From Phycisphaeraceae bacterium (GTDB lineage: Bacteria > Planctomycetota > Phycisphaerae > Phycisphaerales > Phycisphaeraceae), in NCBI GenBank assembly GCA_963674705.1, contig OY771506.1:1664001-1728000 (forward strand): DNA of 64,000 bases, read 5' to 3'. The notes below the pieces were generated by a model. The model made no database searches, was not told the origin of the DNA, and saw only the letters and a list, made by a program, of their open reading frames with translations. Each line of letters begins with the position of its first letter. The first letter of the stretch is position 1. Position numbers and translations under genes: made by a program. Shown in pieces: positions 40,501 to 49,849 of this stretch.

Positions 40501-41987
40501 AGGCCGTCGATCGTGGGCGCGTCGCTGGAAAGCCATTGGCCGACAAGATCATGGAAGCTCGAGCCGTTGTCGGCCGGCTTCATGAGCAGGTTGTAGACGC
40601 TTGTTAACTCGTTGTGGATCTGCGTGAGTTGCTCGTCGATCTTGTACAGCGCTTTGTCAGAGCGGGAGCGCGTCTGGACGTCGTTAAGATCGTCGAGGTT
40701 GGCGCGGATCTTCATGTAGAGGTCGCGCTGGTCGCGCTTGGCGTCGTGGACCAGTGCGCAGAGCCTGCCGAGCCCGAGGTGATCGAGGCGGTTGGCGACG
40801 ACGTCGAGGGCGGTGCGTTTATCGCAGACGAACAGGACGCGCTGATCGTTGGCGAGGTGGTCGCCGATGATGTTGGTGATGGTTTGGGATTTACCGGTGC
40901 CGGGCGGGCCGTGGATCACCACCGCCCTGCCGTTTCGGGCTCTGCCTACCGCTCTTGCCTGGAACGGATCGGCGAGCGAGACAAAACGTTCCTTGGTAAT
41001 GTCGCGCCCTTCCGAAGCGGCGCACTGTTCCTTTTCCGGCACGCTGTGCTCACTGGCTGCAAGGTCTGCGTTGACATCGACGAAAGGCGTGACGGTGGGC
41101 GGGATGCTTTCTTCTTCGAGCATCGCACGCGTGTCGCGGAGCAGGCCTTGGTTTGTAGTGGGGAACAGCCCGAGCACCGCGCCGTTGATGATGGCGACCT
41201 CGTTGGGCAGGTCTTCGGCGCGTGGGATGTTGATTAACTGGAACGTTTGCGGGTCTGTGGTTGCCGGATCGGGCGCGGGGATGTCGAGCGCGGTGCAGAC
41301 GAATTCGATGAGTTCGCGCACTTCGCGCCAGGGTTCAGCGCCTTCTTCATCATCGAAGAATTCGGCTTGTGTTTTGCCGGTCTCCCGTTCGAGCCAGGCC
41401 ATAAGCGCGGGATTGGGCGTGACGCGGTCGACGCCGTCGCCGCGGCAGGCGAGTTTGACGCCCGGGTGTCTGCCGGCAGCGACTTCCATGGACATGGGGA
41501 TAAACGCGATCGGCGCGAGGATGCGTCGTGATGAACCGCCCATCGTAGCCGGGGGCATGGAGAGGATGGGGAACCCGAGTTGCAGCGCGGGCACGCCGGT
41601 GTCTTGTTCGTAGGTGCGGGCATCTTCAGAGAGGTTGCGCAGCTTGGTCATGAGCGACTTCTGCGCGTTCCACGCTTTGATTTCTGCTTTCTGTTCGGGT
41701 GAGAGTTGTTCGGATTCTTCGGTCGTATCGGTGAAGTGCATGCCTCTGGCGTCGGGGCGCGCGGGCAGGTTTTGCGGGGCGGGGACGGAGGCGAGGATCG
41801 AGCTGGTTCGCTCTTCATTAAGCAGGTCGGTGAGGATGTGCCTGGTGTCTTCGATACCGAGTGCGGTAAAGAGCGTGAGGTCGACGCGTTGTCGACTCGA
41901 GTGCGGCCGACAGTTCAGACTGGGCCCGCCGATGAGTGAGGCATAGAGGCGGTCGAGCATTTTCTCGAGGATGTGGTTGGCTGGCAT
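37521..41987 (-). CDS. DUF4011-like + SF1 (UPF1/DNA2-like) helicase + C-terminal Vsr-like domain protein
   Basis: ARTYEQDTGVPALQLGF...APIAFIP; HGPPGTGKSQTI; FDEASQ; GDPKQLPPT; HYRS; LENVQGDERD; RRLNVLVTRAR; GWQFTHIW. Confidence 0.88.
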   Translation of the reverse strand: MPANHILEKMLDRLYASLIGGPSLNCRPHSSRQRVDLTLFTALGIEDTRHILTDLLNEERTSSILASVPAPQNLPARPDARGMHFTDTTEESEQLSPEQKAEIKAWNAQKSLMTKLRNLSEDARTYEQDTGVPALQLGFPILSMPPATMGGSSRRILAPIAFIPMSMEVAAGRHPGVKLACRGDGVDRVTPNPALMAWLERETGKTQAEFFDDEEGAEPWREVRELIEFVCTALDIPAPDPATTDPQTFQLINIPRAEDLPNEVAIINGAVLGLFPTTNQGLLRDTRAMLEEESIPPTVTPFVDVNADLAASEHSVPEKEQCAASEGRDITKERFVSLADPFQARAVGRARNGRAVVIHGPPGTGKSQTITNIIGDHLANDQRVLFVCDKRTALDVVANRLDHLGLGRLCALVHDAKRDQRDLYMKIRANLDDLNDVQTRSRSDKALYKIDEQLTQIHNELTSVYNLLMKPADNGSSFHDLVGQWLSSDAPTIDGLDEDALATITLDIFEKRSDDIEVIFQRAESISYETNPWSNCAGGSLDDYLARPIDELRRVLASCIEDARVADNAKHENIPPFDPDSSLPEQVELRNKLIPLVERIGRTSDAIRKHVLAMDDDTRRKALATIRDSEARRQSLDKPLDGELSLVLGGDLPNLRKLNEDITLLKWYQQKMQSWTRIFAFGLKSKAGKLLGSFGLGANTEDANKLEAFFTGLRDRLLLTHTTNQLLPADTTAPLTPALSEAKGRVSSSPQHSTLNTQQSRTLRPDDELIQTLDGYACTLGAIDLVKDDTHLTATLERAIQIEDDRLNLLDGLKRSPARAESLQALEQSMRASSLFNTAWLTQAFTQLREGKQAGETLAQLEKRFDSLESVLRIHDGVSQLPENLAKNIRITLTAGIEPGEAVAALIRCVLAAEVRRRLQANPELNRLDSQRLTHLFSRYHELEEQKRVLVRDYVLDQWVEKQRSRLLAMTGSRLNSAGADLRRRLFVRGKRAMRLRQMIAVGRNNLAEGETDPLFDMCPIWMASPETVAQVFPREPLFDVVIFDEASQCRLEEALPVLTRAKRVVIAGDPKQLPPTRFFEAAISVSEDEELETEQDLFEAQQAEVEDLLAAALNLQVEEAYLDVHYRSRNADLIEFSNEHFYKNRLQSIPGHPKNRAVVPPLRIDRADGIYENRCNRIEAERVVQIVDDLLRRADPPSIGIACFNITQRDLIVDMLDDRAVDDDAFASRLAKARARVGDASYEGLFVKNLENVQGDERDHIIISTTYGPNKEGKFYRRFGPLGRTGGGRRLNVLVTRARQEVHLVTSIPRENYLSVENLPAGAAPSGAWLLFAYLRYAEQLAELYDENNRILEQANEQTTTGKPSVIRRPIPPVSGFAMALGQQLAEHKRIGCDMHWGNEAFCIDVALHHPQNPDDVTVGLLCDFTRYDRAPDPIEWELYRQSIFQWTGWQFTHIWTPHFFRDPVGAMDQIQSRAQEPIQKPGNKTE

Positions 41988-42094
41988 GATCGGGCCCCAT
42001 CAACAGGAAAGCATGAGTATACACGAGGTATGTATGGCTCATGAGGGCCGGGGGGTGTGAGGTAAGAGGATGCGTGTGTTGTTTTGATATGCGC

Positions 42095-42131
42095 AAACAA
42101 AAAGGCGACGGCACGAGTCGTACCGCCGCCC
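42095..42131 (-). terminator. Intrinsic terminator downstream of the HDOD gene
   Basis: Minus strand GGCGGCGGTACG-act-CGTGCCGTCGCC followed by TTTTTGTTT. Confidence 0.75.
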
Positions 42132-42265
42132 GGAGGGAAAAGAGAGACGCCTATTTTTCGCCGTCGGTTTTTATTTGCCGACGGAGGGCCCATGGGTGCC
42201 GGCGGGTCTGGCCGGGGCGCGGGTGTTGTCAAAGATTGCGTTACACCTGCACCTGCGCCTGGATA

Positions 42266-43195
42266 TCAGGCTGACTGGAACAGTGCCTTGGTTTCTTCCA
42301 TCGCCTCGGGTAGCGCCTGGGCGACCTGCTCGATCTGTTCCTGGTTGATGTTGAGGAATAGCAGCAGTTCCGGATTCAAGTCGGTAGTTTCCGTGCCGCG
42401 GGTGAAGCCGAGTTCGAGCCGGGCGGCGAGCACGTCGGCGATATGGACGAGGCCGGTGAGCATGCGGTTCTTATCGTTGAGGCTCATCGGTTCATGGTGG
42501 AAGCCGGTGACATATTGGAAGCTCTGGGGGAACTTCCACAGTTTGCACAAGGCGGTGCCGAACTGTTCGTGGTTGGCGCCGAGGATCTCGGATTCGACAT
42601 CACGGAGTTTGGCCTCGGGTTCTTTATCGAGCTTTTCCATGACCTGGACGAACTTGGGCCGACGCGCCTGGATCTCGACCATGATGCCGATGTTGTGGAT
42701 CAGGCCGGCAAGGAAGGCTTCATCGGGCAGGCCGAGTCCTGCATGTTGCGCCAGCAGCTTGGTGCCGGTGGCGCAGGCGATGGCGTGTGTCCACAGTTCA
42801 CGAGCGTCAAAGTTGTTGGCGATCTTGCCGCCGCGGAACAGCTTGGCGAGGCTGGCGGCGATGGCAATATTCTTCACGGCGTTAAGACCGAGCAATACGA
42901 TCGCACGGTTGATCGAACCGATCTGACCGGGCAGGCCGTAGAACGCGGAGTTGACGACCTTGAGAATACGAGCGCCGAGCGCCGGGTCGTTGCTGATGAT
43001 CTTGTTCAGATCATTGGCGGTCGAATCGGGGTCTTCGACGAGTTGGATGATCTTCATCGTGACCTCGGGGAGTGTCGCGATGTGGCTGATCTCCTGGACC
43101 GCCGATTGGACGATGGCCTCGATCTGCTTAGCGTCTTGTGCGTCGCTCAGGCCGACGATCGGCGAATCGCCGGATGAGGTTTCGGGTTGGGTCAT
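42266..43195 (-). CDS. HDOD domain signal-transduction protein
   Basis: TLPEV, DPALGARILKVVNSAFYG, AIVLLG, LWTHA, AFLAGLIHNIG, WKFP, HHEP. Confidence 0.92.
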   Translation of the reverse strand: MTQPETSSGDSPIVGLSDAQDAKQIEAIVQSAVQEISHIATLPEVTMKIIQLVEDPDSTANDLNKIISNDPALGARILKVVNSAFYGLPGQIGSINRAIVLLGLNAVKNIAIAASLAKLFRGGKIANNFDARELWTHAIACATGTKLLAQHAGLGLPDEAFLAGLIHNIGIMVEIQARRPKFVQVMEKLDKEPEAKLRDVESEILGANHEQFGTALCKLWKFPQSFQYVTGFHHEPMSLNDKNRMLTGLVHIADVLAARLELGFTRGTETTDLNPELLLFLNINQEQIEQVAQALPEAMEETKALFQSA

Positions 43196-43241
43196 GGGTC
43201 CTCTCCTCCGATCCAAGAAAAACGATCAATCCTCAGCAGAT

Positions 43242-43268
43242 GTATCGACGTTGCTTAGCGATGACTTA
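43242..43268 (-). promoter_or_regulatory. Putative sigma-28 promoter of the HDOD gene
   Basis: Minus strand TAAG-N15-GTCGATAC. Confidence 0.5.
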
Positions 43269-43384
43269 AGGGATATCACGGCTTATGAAGTCTGAAGGCA
43301 TATCGAACCGGATTGGCGGCGGAGCGTATAATCATTTGCAGACCCAGCGTTGTCCGGGATGTACCATGAGGCTAGGATTGAGCT

Positions 43385-43687
43385 ATGAGCTGGCAGGTCC
43401 GATTTGAAGAAGAGATGCATCGTCGCGCCCCGGGCGCGGGGGTGTGGTACACGCGGATCAGCCGGCAACCGGGCTGGGTAACCCGTACGGCGCTTATTAT
43501 CGCCATCATGGTCGTAGTCGTACCGTTGCTGCTGCTGACGCTGGCGGCGGTGATGGTGGGTGCAGCGTGCCTGCTGGTGCTGGGGCTGGTAGCCCAGGTA
43601 GTGCGGTTTTTCTCCAATCTGTTTGGTGGCGGGTTGCGGTCCCGCGATGATGGGCGGCGAAATGTCCGGGTGATTGAGCGGCCGTAG
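43385..43687 (+). CDS. Small membrane protein
   Basis: Long hydrophobic hairpin; C-terminus DDGRRNVRVI. Confidence 0.7.
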   Translation: MSWQVRFEEEMHRRAPGAGVWYTRISRQPGWVTRTALIIAIMVVVVPLLLLTLAAVMVGAACLLVLGLVAQVVRFFSNLFGGGLRSRDDGRRNVRVIERP

Positions 43688-43823
43688 GCTGCCTGGCCCA
43701 TAAAACCCATTTAACCGTCATAATCGATACAACCGTTACGATCGGCATGGCCCGGCGTTGAAGCGACGCGGGGATGCGGTACAGTAGCCTCGGAGCCGCA
43801 CCTTTATATAGAGCCGAAACGCC

Positions 43824-45731
43824 ATGCTTGAATCACGATTGGTCCGGGTTGTACTACTGATTGCTTTGTTGCTTGCGCCGACGAGCTTGTTCGCGCAGGA
43901 CAGCCCGGCGGTGGATGCCGATGCACAGACCGCTGCCGAGCACGCGGTGCAGCAGACAGAAGCGGCGGAAGCCAAGGATGTGAAGCAAGCAGGTCATGCC
44001 AGCCCGCGGGATGTGATGTCTGCGTTTCTCAACGCGATGAATCGGGTGGATGACGGGCACGATGATGCGTGGCCCGAGGCGCTGGCGTGTTTTGATTTTC
44101 CGGACAGAACTAGTGAAACAGATCAGAAGATACTGGCGGAGAATCTGCTGGATGTGCTGAACCGCTTGGGGAAGATCGAAGTGCTGGCGGTGCCGGGGGA
44201 GGTCTCGGTGAATCCGCCGGCGGATAGTGAGGAAGAACCGATCTCACGGTATCAGTTCTTCCCGGCTCCGCGTTACGCCTGGGTATGGGAGACGCTTGCC
44301 GCTCACAATATGAAGCCGGACGGCAGGATCGTGATGGAGGCTGATGATAAGGGGGATTGGCGCTTCAACCGCAGGACGGTGAACGAGCTGCCCCGGTTAT
44401 ATGCGAGCACCGCTTATCTGCCGCCGAAGTACTTCGATCAGGAGAAGCGGATCGATGCGGATGTCGTGAAGCTGGTCGGGCCGACGTTTACGCGGACCTC
44501 TAATTTGGCATGGGGTATTTTGCTGGGCGCGATTTTTCTGGGGTTGTTGGCGGGCAAGATCGTGCAGTCGCTCCTGCGCTCGGCATCGAAGCGCTGGATC
44601 GAGCATGGCTGGGAGGTACGGGGGATTATGTTCGATAACGCGGCGAGCCCGGCGAGCTTTACGTTGCTGAGTCTCGGTTTGTGGTTCGGCATGAGCAATA
44701 TCTACCGCGAAGAGCGGCTGCAGGAATTCACGAACAACATCATCGAGTTTCTGCTGATCCTGGCGCTGGGCTGGTTCCTGTTCAACCTGGTCGAGGTGAT
44801 CGACGCGGCGCTGCGTCGGTTAAGCGAGAAAACCAAGAGCAAGCTGGACGATCAACTCGTGCCGCTGGTGCGAAAGGCGCTGCGGATATTCCTGGTGGTG
44901 GTGTTTACGCTGGTTGTCGCGCAGAACGTGTTCGGGCTGGACATCACGGGGTGGCTCGCCGGCCTGGGTATCGCGGGCTTGGCGGTGTCGCTCGCAGCCC
45001 AGGATTCGATCAAGAACCTGTTCGGCTCGGTCACCGTGTTGTTCGATAAACCCTTCACCGTCGGCGACTGGATCGTAACAGAAGGATTGGAAGGCACGGT
45101 CGAAGAGGTCGGTTTCCGCTCGACACGTATCCGTACGTTCTACAACTCACTGATTACCCTGCCGAACGCGAACCTGATCAACGCAAGCGTCGACAACTAC
45201 GGCAGGCGCCAGTACCGGCGTTGGAAAACGCACATCGGCGTGCAGTACGACACGACACCCGATCAGTTGTTAGCCTTCACCGAAGGCATCCGCGAACTGG
45301 TGCGCAGCCATCCGTATACACGCAAGGATTACTTCCAGGTCTGGTGCCATGAGTTCGGCGACTCAAGCCTGAACATCCTGATCTACGTCTTCCACGAGGT
45401 GCCCGACTGGTCGACAGAATTGCGCGAGCGAGAACGCCTGTTCCTCGACATCGTCAGGCTTGCCGACAAGCTTGGTGTACAGTTCGCCTTCCCGACACAG
45501 ACGGTGCATCTTTATAAGGAAGAGCATAAGTCATACGAAACCAAGCACGAGAACCCGCAATCCATGACCGACCGCCGCGCAATGATCCAGGGCATCCGCA
45601 ACGCTCAACTGCTCATCAAAGATCAATCCTGGCAAACCAACCCGCCCGGCCCGGTCGAATTCACCAAGGGGCCGACGGATTTAAAGATCGACGAGCATGG
45701 GAATCCGGTGATTGAGAAGGAAGATTCATAA
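43824..45731 (+). CDS. MscS family mechanosensitive channel with a periplasmic N-terminal domain
   Basis: GLGIAGLAVSLAAQDSIKNLFGS, DKPFTVGDWI, VEEVGFRSTRIRT, FAFPTQT. Confidence 0.95.
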   Translation: MLESRLVRVVLLIALLLAPTSLFAQDSPAVDADAQTAAEHAVQQTEAAEAKDVKQAGHASPRDVMSAFLNAMNRVDDGHDDAWPEALACFDFPDRTSETDQKILAENLLDVLNRLGKIEVLAVPGEVSVNPPADSEEEPISRYQFFPAPRYAWVWETLAAHNMKPDGRIVMEADDKGDWRFNRRTVNELPRLYASTAYLPPKYFDQEKRIDADVVKLVGPTFTRTSNLAWGILLGAIFLGLLAGKIVQSLLRSASKRWIEHGWEVRGIMFDNAASPASFTLLSLGLWFGMSNIYREERLQEFTNNIIEFLLILALGWFLFNLVEVIDAALRRLSEKTKSKLDDQLVPLVRKALRIFLVVVFTLVVAQNVFGLDITGWLAGLGIAGLAVSLAAQDSIKNLFGSVTVLFDKPFTVGDWIVTEGLEGTVEEVGFRSTRIRTFYNSLITLPNANLINASVDNYGRRQYRRWKTHIGVQYDTTPDQLLAFTEGIRELVRSHPYTRKDYFQVWCHEFGDSSLNILIYVFHEVPDWSTELRERERLFLDIVRLADKLGVQFAFPTQTVHLYKEEHKSYETKHENPQSMTDRRAMIQGIRNAQLLIKDQSWQTNPPGPVEFTKGPTDLKIDEHGNPVIEKEDS

Positions 45732-45820
45732 GCCACCGATGAACACAGATGAACACTGATAAGAACTAACGGATAGATTTTGCCTCTTTTATCTATGTTA
45801 ATCGGTGTTTATCAGTGGCA
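45731..45820. repeat. Family C inverted 10-mer element between convergent genes
   Basis: GCCACCGATGAACACAGATGAACACTGATAA / TTATCTATGTTAATCGGTGTTTATCAGTGGC. Confidence 0.8.
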
Positions 45821-45824
45821 AAAA

Positions 45825-46772
45825 TCAAATGGCCGGATAAGTTGGTTCATCGCCCTGCAAAACCTTGACCACATCGCGCGCGACCCAGCTCATGTTGTCC
45901 AGTGCCTGGTGCGTGCGGCTGGCGATGTGTGGGAGGATGCGGACGTTTGGTAAATCGTAGAGCGGGTAGTCGCTCGGGGGTGGTTCGGGGGCGTGAACAT
46001 CCAGGATGATGTTGGCATCCTGATGCGCTTTGGCCCAGTCGGCTAAGGCGTTGTTGTCGACGAGCATGCCGCGGGCGGCGTTGATGAACAGGCAATCATC
46101 ACGCAGATTTTGAAGCGCAGCGGCGTTGATCATCTGTTTGTTGCTGGCCCGGCCGTCCACGTGGATCGTGACGATGTGGCTGTCGCGGTAAAGTGTTTCG
46201 TGGTCGACAAAGTTGAAGGGAAACTCCACGGCTTTGCGCAACTCGGCCTCGGGGAGGATGTCGCAGACCAGCAGCTTCATGCCGATGGCGTGGGCGGCTT
46301 TGCCGAGGCGTTTACCGATCCGACCGAACCCGACGATACCGAGCGTGAGTTGGTCGAGCTGTCGGCCGACTTCGGTTTTGCGCAGTTGATGGAAGGTGTC
46401 GGCGTCGACGTGGTCGGGCATGTCGGTGCGCGGGCGGTAGTGATCGAGCATCAGTGCGATGACGTATTCGACGACAGCCTGCGTGTTGGCATCGGGCGTG
46501 TAGACGACGCGTACGCCTTTGCGCTCGCAGGCCGGCAGGTCGATGTTGTCCAGGCCCACCCCCGCCCTGCCGACGACTTTCAGTTTCGGTGCTCGTTCGA
46601 GGAAGGCTTCATCGACGATGGTGTAGGTGCGGACGATAAGCCCTTCGGCTTCGGCGAGCTCGGTATCGAGTTCGGGTGAATCGAAGGCGCACCACTTGAG
46701 GTCGGTCTGTTCAGCGAGCCAGTCGGCGACGGACTGGGCGAGTGTTTCGGTAATGAGTACGCGGGGGGGCAT
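45825..46772 (-). CDS. D-isomer-specific 2-hydroxyacid dehydrogenase (SerA-like catalytic core)
   Basis: RAGVGLDNID, GIVGFGRIG, INAARG, LDVHAPEP, PHIAS. Confidence 0.9.
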   Translation of the reverse strand: MPPRVLITETLAQSVADWLAEQTDLKWCAFDSPELDTELAEAEGLIVRTYTIVDEAFLERAPKLKVVGRAGVGLDNIDLPACERKGVRVVYTPDANTQAVVEYVIALMLDHYRPRTDMPDHVDADTFHQLRKTEVGRQLDQLTLGIVGFGRIGKRLGKAAHAIGMKLLVCDILPEAELRKAVEFPFNFVDHETLYRDSHIVTIHVDGRASNKQMINAAALQNLRDDCLFINAARGMLVDNNALADWAKAHQDANIILDVHAPEPPPSDYPLYDLPNVRILPHIASRTHQALDNMSWVARDVVKVLQGDEPTYPAI

Positions 46773-46774
46773 GT

Positions 46775-46911
46775 GGGTAGGGTATAGGGTGTGGGGTTTA
46801 GGGTGTAGGGTCAAAGCACTGGGGTATGGTAGATCAATCCGTGTCTATATAAAACAATAGCCATTAGCTATAGGGTAATAGCTAATGGCTAAAGGCTAAT
46901 GGCTAAAGGCT
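46775..46911. repeat. Heptamer repeat arrays and a palindrome
   Basis: GGGTATAGGGTGTGGGGTTTAGGGTGTAGGG; TAGCCATTAGCTA-N8-TAGCTAATGGCTA then AAGGCTAATGGCTAAAGGC. Confidence 0.7.
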
Positions 46912-46913
46912 TC

Positions 46914-47171
46914 TTACGCGTAGTAGGCGGAGTTCTTCTCGATGTATTCCTGCCATTCTTCGGGCAGGTCTTCTTCGGGGAAGATGGCCTTGACCGGGCA
47001 CTCATCCACGCACAGGCCGCAGTCGATGCAGGTCTCGTTGTCGATGTAGAGCATTTCGGAAGTTTCGTATTCCGGCTCGTCCTTGGTGGGGTGTATGCAG
47101 TCGACGGGGCAGACGTCAACGCAAGCGGTGTCTTTGGTTCCGACGCATGGTTCGGCAATGATGTGAGGCAT
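46914..47171 (-). CDS. Dicluster (7Fe/8Fe-type) ferredoxin
   Basis: EPCVGTKDTACVDVCPVDCI; CIDCGLCVDECPV. Confidence 0.95.
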   Translation of the reverse strand: MPHIIAEPCVGTKDTACVDVCPVDCIHPTKDEPEYETSEMLYIDNETCIDCGLCVDECPVKAIFPEEDLPEEWQEYIEKNSAYYA

Positions 47172-47342
47172 AACGTAACTCCAGTGTCTTCAAGGCGGGA
47201 TAAGCCCCGCGTGTGTATCGAGTCTAGAGTATAGACGTCAGTCAAACCAATGCAACGCGTGAATAATCGGGTGAATAACGCGTGGACATCCAGGCCAATC
47301 GTCTGTCTGCTGCAGGCATTGTTGTCACGGGAAATACCCGGT

Positions 47343-48719
47343 TTACGGTGCGTCAGGGCCTACATCTTCGGGGGTTAGCCGCTTGGGATCGTAACCATAT
47401 TGCGACAAAGTCTCAGTATCATCAGGGATCAGCAGGCCCTGACCATTGTCCTTAACGCCGATGGCTTTGTAGGTAAGGGCTTTGAGCAAGTCCGGTGGCA
47501 TGGAGCCGGCGACATGGTTGTTGCGACTGACCAGGCCTTGCGGCTTGGCGTGGATGGTGTATTCGCCATCCCCGTCGCGGTTGACGATCAGGTTCTCGAT
47601 CAGTTTCACGTTCTTCGGCGCGAGGGTTCGGTCGCGATCGCCGGCGCCGGTGCCGATGCTCAGTGGGTTGACGCAATCGATGATGACGTTGCCGGCGATA
47701 TCAGGATTCTCGACGCGCTGGTAGCCGGTAAGTTCATTGTCGGGTTGGCCGTTCATGATCGAGATCGCGGCGTAGAAGTCTTTACCGGTCAGGTTCTGCA
47801 TGTGGTTACCTTGGACGACGTGGTCGGGGCCGATGATACGCACCCCCCCACTGCTTTTCTTATCTCGGCCGATGAAGACATTGTTGATGACCTGACAGTG
47901 CCCGCCGTGACGCAGTGTCAGCGTGCCGTTGCAGTTGTCGAAGGTGTTGTTGCGGTAGATGTTGTCGAAGGATTTGTTTGAGATGACTTCGATCTCGCCG
48001 TCGCATTCATCGAAGAGATTGTCTTCGACGATTGTGGCGGAGCTTGTCATGGAGAAGTCGCTGGCGCCGATGCGGATGGTTTCCCCGCCGTTGCGCCCCA
48101 GCGGCGGGCGTGGGCCAAAGTGGTTGTGGTCGATGCGGTGGTGATTGGGTTTGCCGTCGAGCCAGACGACGAGCGTTGCGCCTTCGGTGGTTTTGCCCGC
48201 GAGGTAGCAATGGTCGACGCGGTTGTGTTGGCCGTAGACAGAGACCCACTTACCGCTTTTGCCGTCGGGCGGGTTGAAGTCGATGATCGAGCAACGCGAT
48301 AGTCGGCAGCCGATAGCGTGGTCGTCGGAGTTGCGTCGGAACTGGACGACGTCGGTTGTGCCGGGATGGCCGTTGATGAAGCTGAAGCCTTGGACGGTGA
48401 CGAATTGGCCCCAGATGCGCATGTTGGATTCACCGGTGATTTTGACGCCGCCGACGGTTTGAGCGCGGACAAGGATGGGTTGATCTTTCTCCCCCTTACC
48501 AAAGATGCGCAGTTCAACATCACGGTACTCACCGTCAGCGAGCACGACCTCGTCGCCGGGCTTGGCATTGCGGACGGCGTCGCTGAGCGCGTCGATGGAA
48601 TCAACAGATACCGTTGCAGCCCCTGCTGAGACGACGGCGAGGCCCATGGTCCAAATGACCCAAATCCCGACGTGGGCACAACGTGGTGCGTGTGGATGTG
48701 ATGCCATGCAGAACCTCAC
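47343..48719 (-). CDS. Polysaccharide lyase family 6 (alginate lyase / chondroitinase B-like); start uncertain
   Basis: PGDEVVLADGEY, NRVDHC, HRIDHNHF, NGGETIRIG, CDGEIEVISNKS, LTLRHG. Confidence 0.92.
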   Translation of the reverse strand: MRFCMASHPHAPRCAHVGIWVIWTMGLAVVSAGAATVSVDSIDALSDAVRNAKPGDEVVLADGEYRDVELRIFGKGEKDQPILVRAQTVGGVKITGESNMRIWGQFVTVQGFSFINGHPGTTDVVQFRRNSDDHAIGCRLSRCSIIDFNPPDGKSGKWVSVYGQHNRVDHCYLAGKTTEGATLVVWLDGKPNHHRIDHNHFGPRPPLGRNGGETIRIGASDFSMTSSATIVEDNLFDECDGEIEVISNKSFDNIYRNNTFDNCNGTLTLRHGGHCQVINNVFIGRDKKSSGGVRIIGPDHVVQGNHMQNLTGKDFYAAISIMNGQPDNELTGYQRVENPDIAGNVIIDCVNPLSIGTGAGDRDRTLAPKNVKLIENLIVNRDGDGEYTIHAKPQGLVSRNNHVAGSMPPDLLKALTYKAIGVKDNGQGLLIPDDTETLSQYGYDPKRLTPEDVGPDAP

Positions 48720-48815
48720 CTATACTGGGTATGTCAGAGAAGGCCCTATTGATCATAACACCTACAAACCGAAATTCTTGCGCCCGAACAGCGTGCCTGG
48801 TACAATCGACAAGTT

Positions 48816-49802
48816 ATGGCTAAAAAAGCAAACTCCATCCCCGTTAATTCCATCGCACAGGGCGATTGTCTGGAACTCATGGCCAAGTGGCCCGAAGACA
48901 GCGTCGACCTGATCTTCGCGGACCCGCCTTACAACATCGGGTTCAAGTACGACCACTACGACGACAACCGCGAGCACGAAGATTACGTCCACTGGACCAA
49001 CGCGTGGATCGACGGCTGCGCCCGGTTGCTCAAACCCAGCGGGAGCCTGTACATCCTGATCGGGGATGAGTATGCCGCGGAAACCCGGCTGCACCTGCGC
49101 AAGCTCGAAGATGAAAAACAACTTGTCTTCCGCAACTGGATCATCTGGCACTACACATTTGGCCAGAACTGCAAACTCAAGTTCAACCGCTCGCACGCAC
49201 ACCTTTTCTATTGTGTCGGTTCTGCGACAGCGAAGATCAAATCGCACGAGAAGATCACAAAGAATCCGCCGTTCACGTTTAACCGTGAAGCGATCGCTGT
49301 GCCAAGCGCCAGGCAGACGACGTACAACGATGCGCGTGCCAACCCCACAGGCAAACTGCCCGACGATACGTGGTACCTGCGCCCGCAGACAGCGGAAGGT
49401 GACTGCTTCAAGCCCGGTGAGGATACCTGGTATCAGTCTCGCTTGGCCGGAACATTCAAGGAACGCCAGGGCTGGCACCCGTGCCAGTTGCCCGAGGCCT
49501 TGCTCGAACGCATCATCAAGGTGAGTTCCAACGAGGGTGATGTGGTGTTCGATCCGTTCGTCGGTAGCGGCACGACACTCGCAGCCGCGGCTAAGCTGAA
49601 ACGCGAATGGACCGGCTGCGAATTAAGCAAAGACTACGCCAAGCGGGCGCTAGAGCGCGTCAAGCATGTTGCCAAGACGGGCGACACGATGAAGACCACG
49701 CAGGCAGATAAGGGCATTGAACGCGGCAAGCCAAAGAAGAAGGCTGAACCACACCGCTCGAAGAAAGATAAAGACGGCAAGCTGCTGTGGAGCGCGGATT
49801 AG
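48816..49802 (+). CDS. Orphan beta-class N4/N6 DNA methyltransferase
   Basis: GDCLE, DLIFADPPYN, HPCQLPEALLERII, DPFVGSGTT. Confidence 0.93.
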   Translation: MAKKANSIPVNSIAQGDCLELMAKWPEDSVDLIFADPPYNIGFKYDHYDDNREHEDYVHWTNAWIDGCARLLKPSGSLYILIGDEYAAETRLHLRKLEDEKQLVFRNWIIWHYTFGQNCKLKFNRSHAHLFYCVGSATAKIKSHEKITKNPPFTFNREAIAVPSARQTTYNDARANPTGKLPDDTWYLRPQTAEGDCFKPGEDTWYQSRLAGTFKERQGWHPCQLPEALLERIIKVSSNEGDVVFDPFVGSGTTLAAAAKLKREWTGCELSKDYAKRALERVKHVAKTGDTMKTTQADKGIERGKPKKKAEPHRSKKDKDGKLLWSAD

Positions 49803-49849
49803 TCTGGTTTGCGATGTTTGATGCGTGTCATCAAATACAGGATCGGGGC

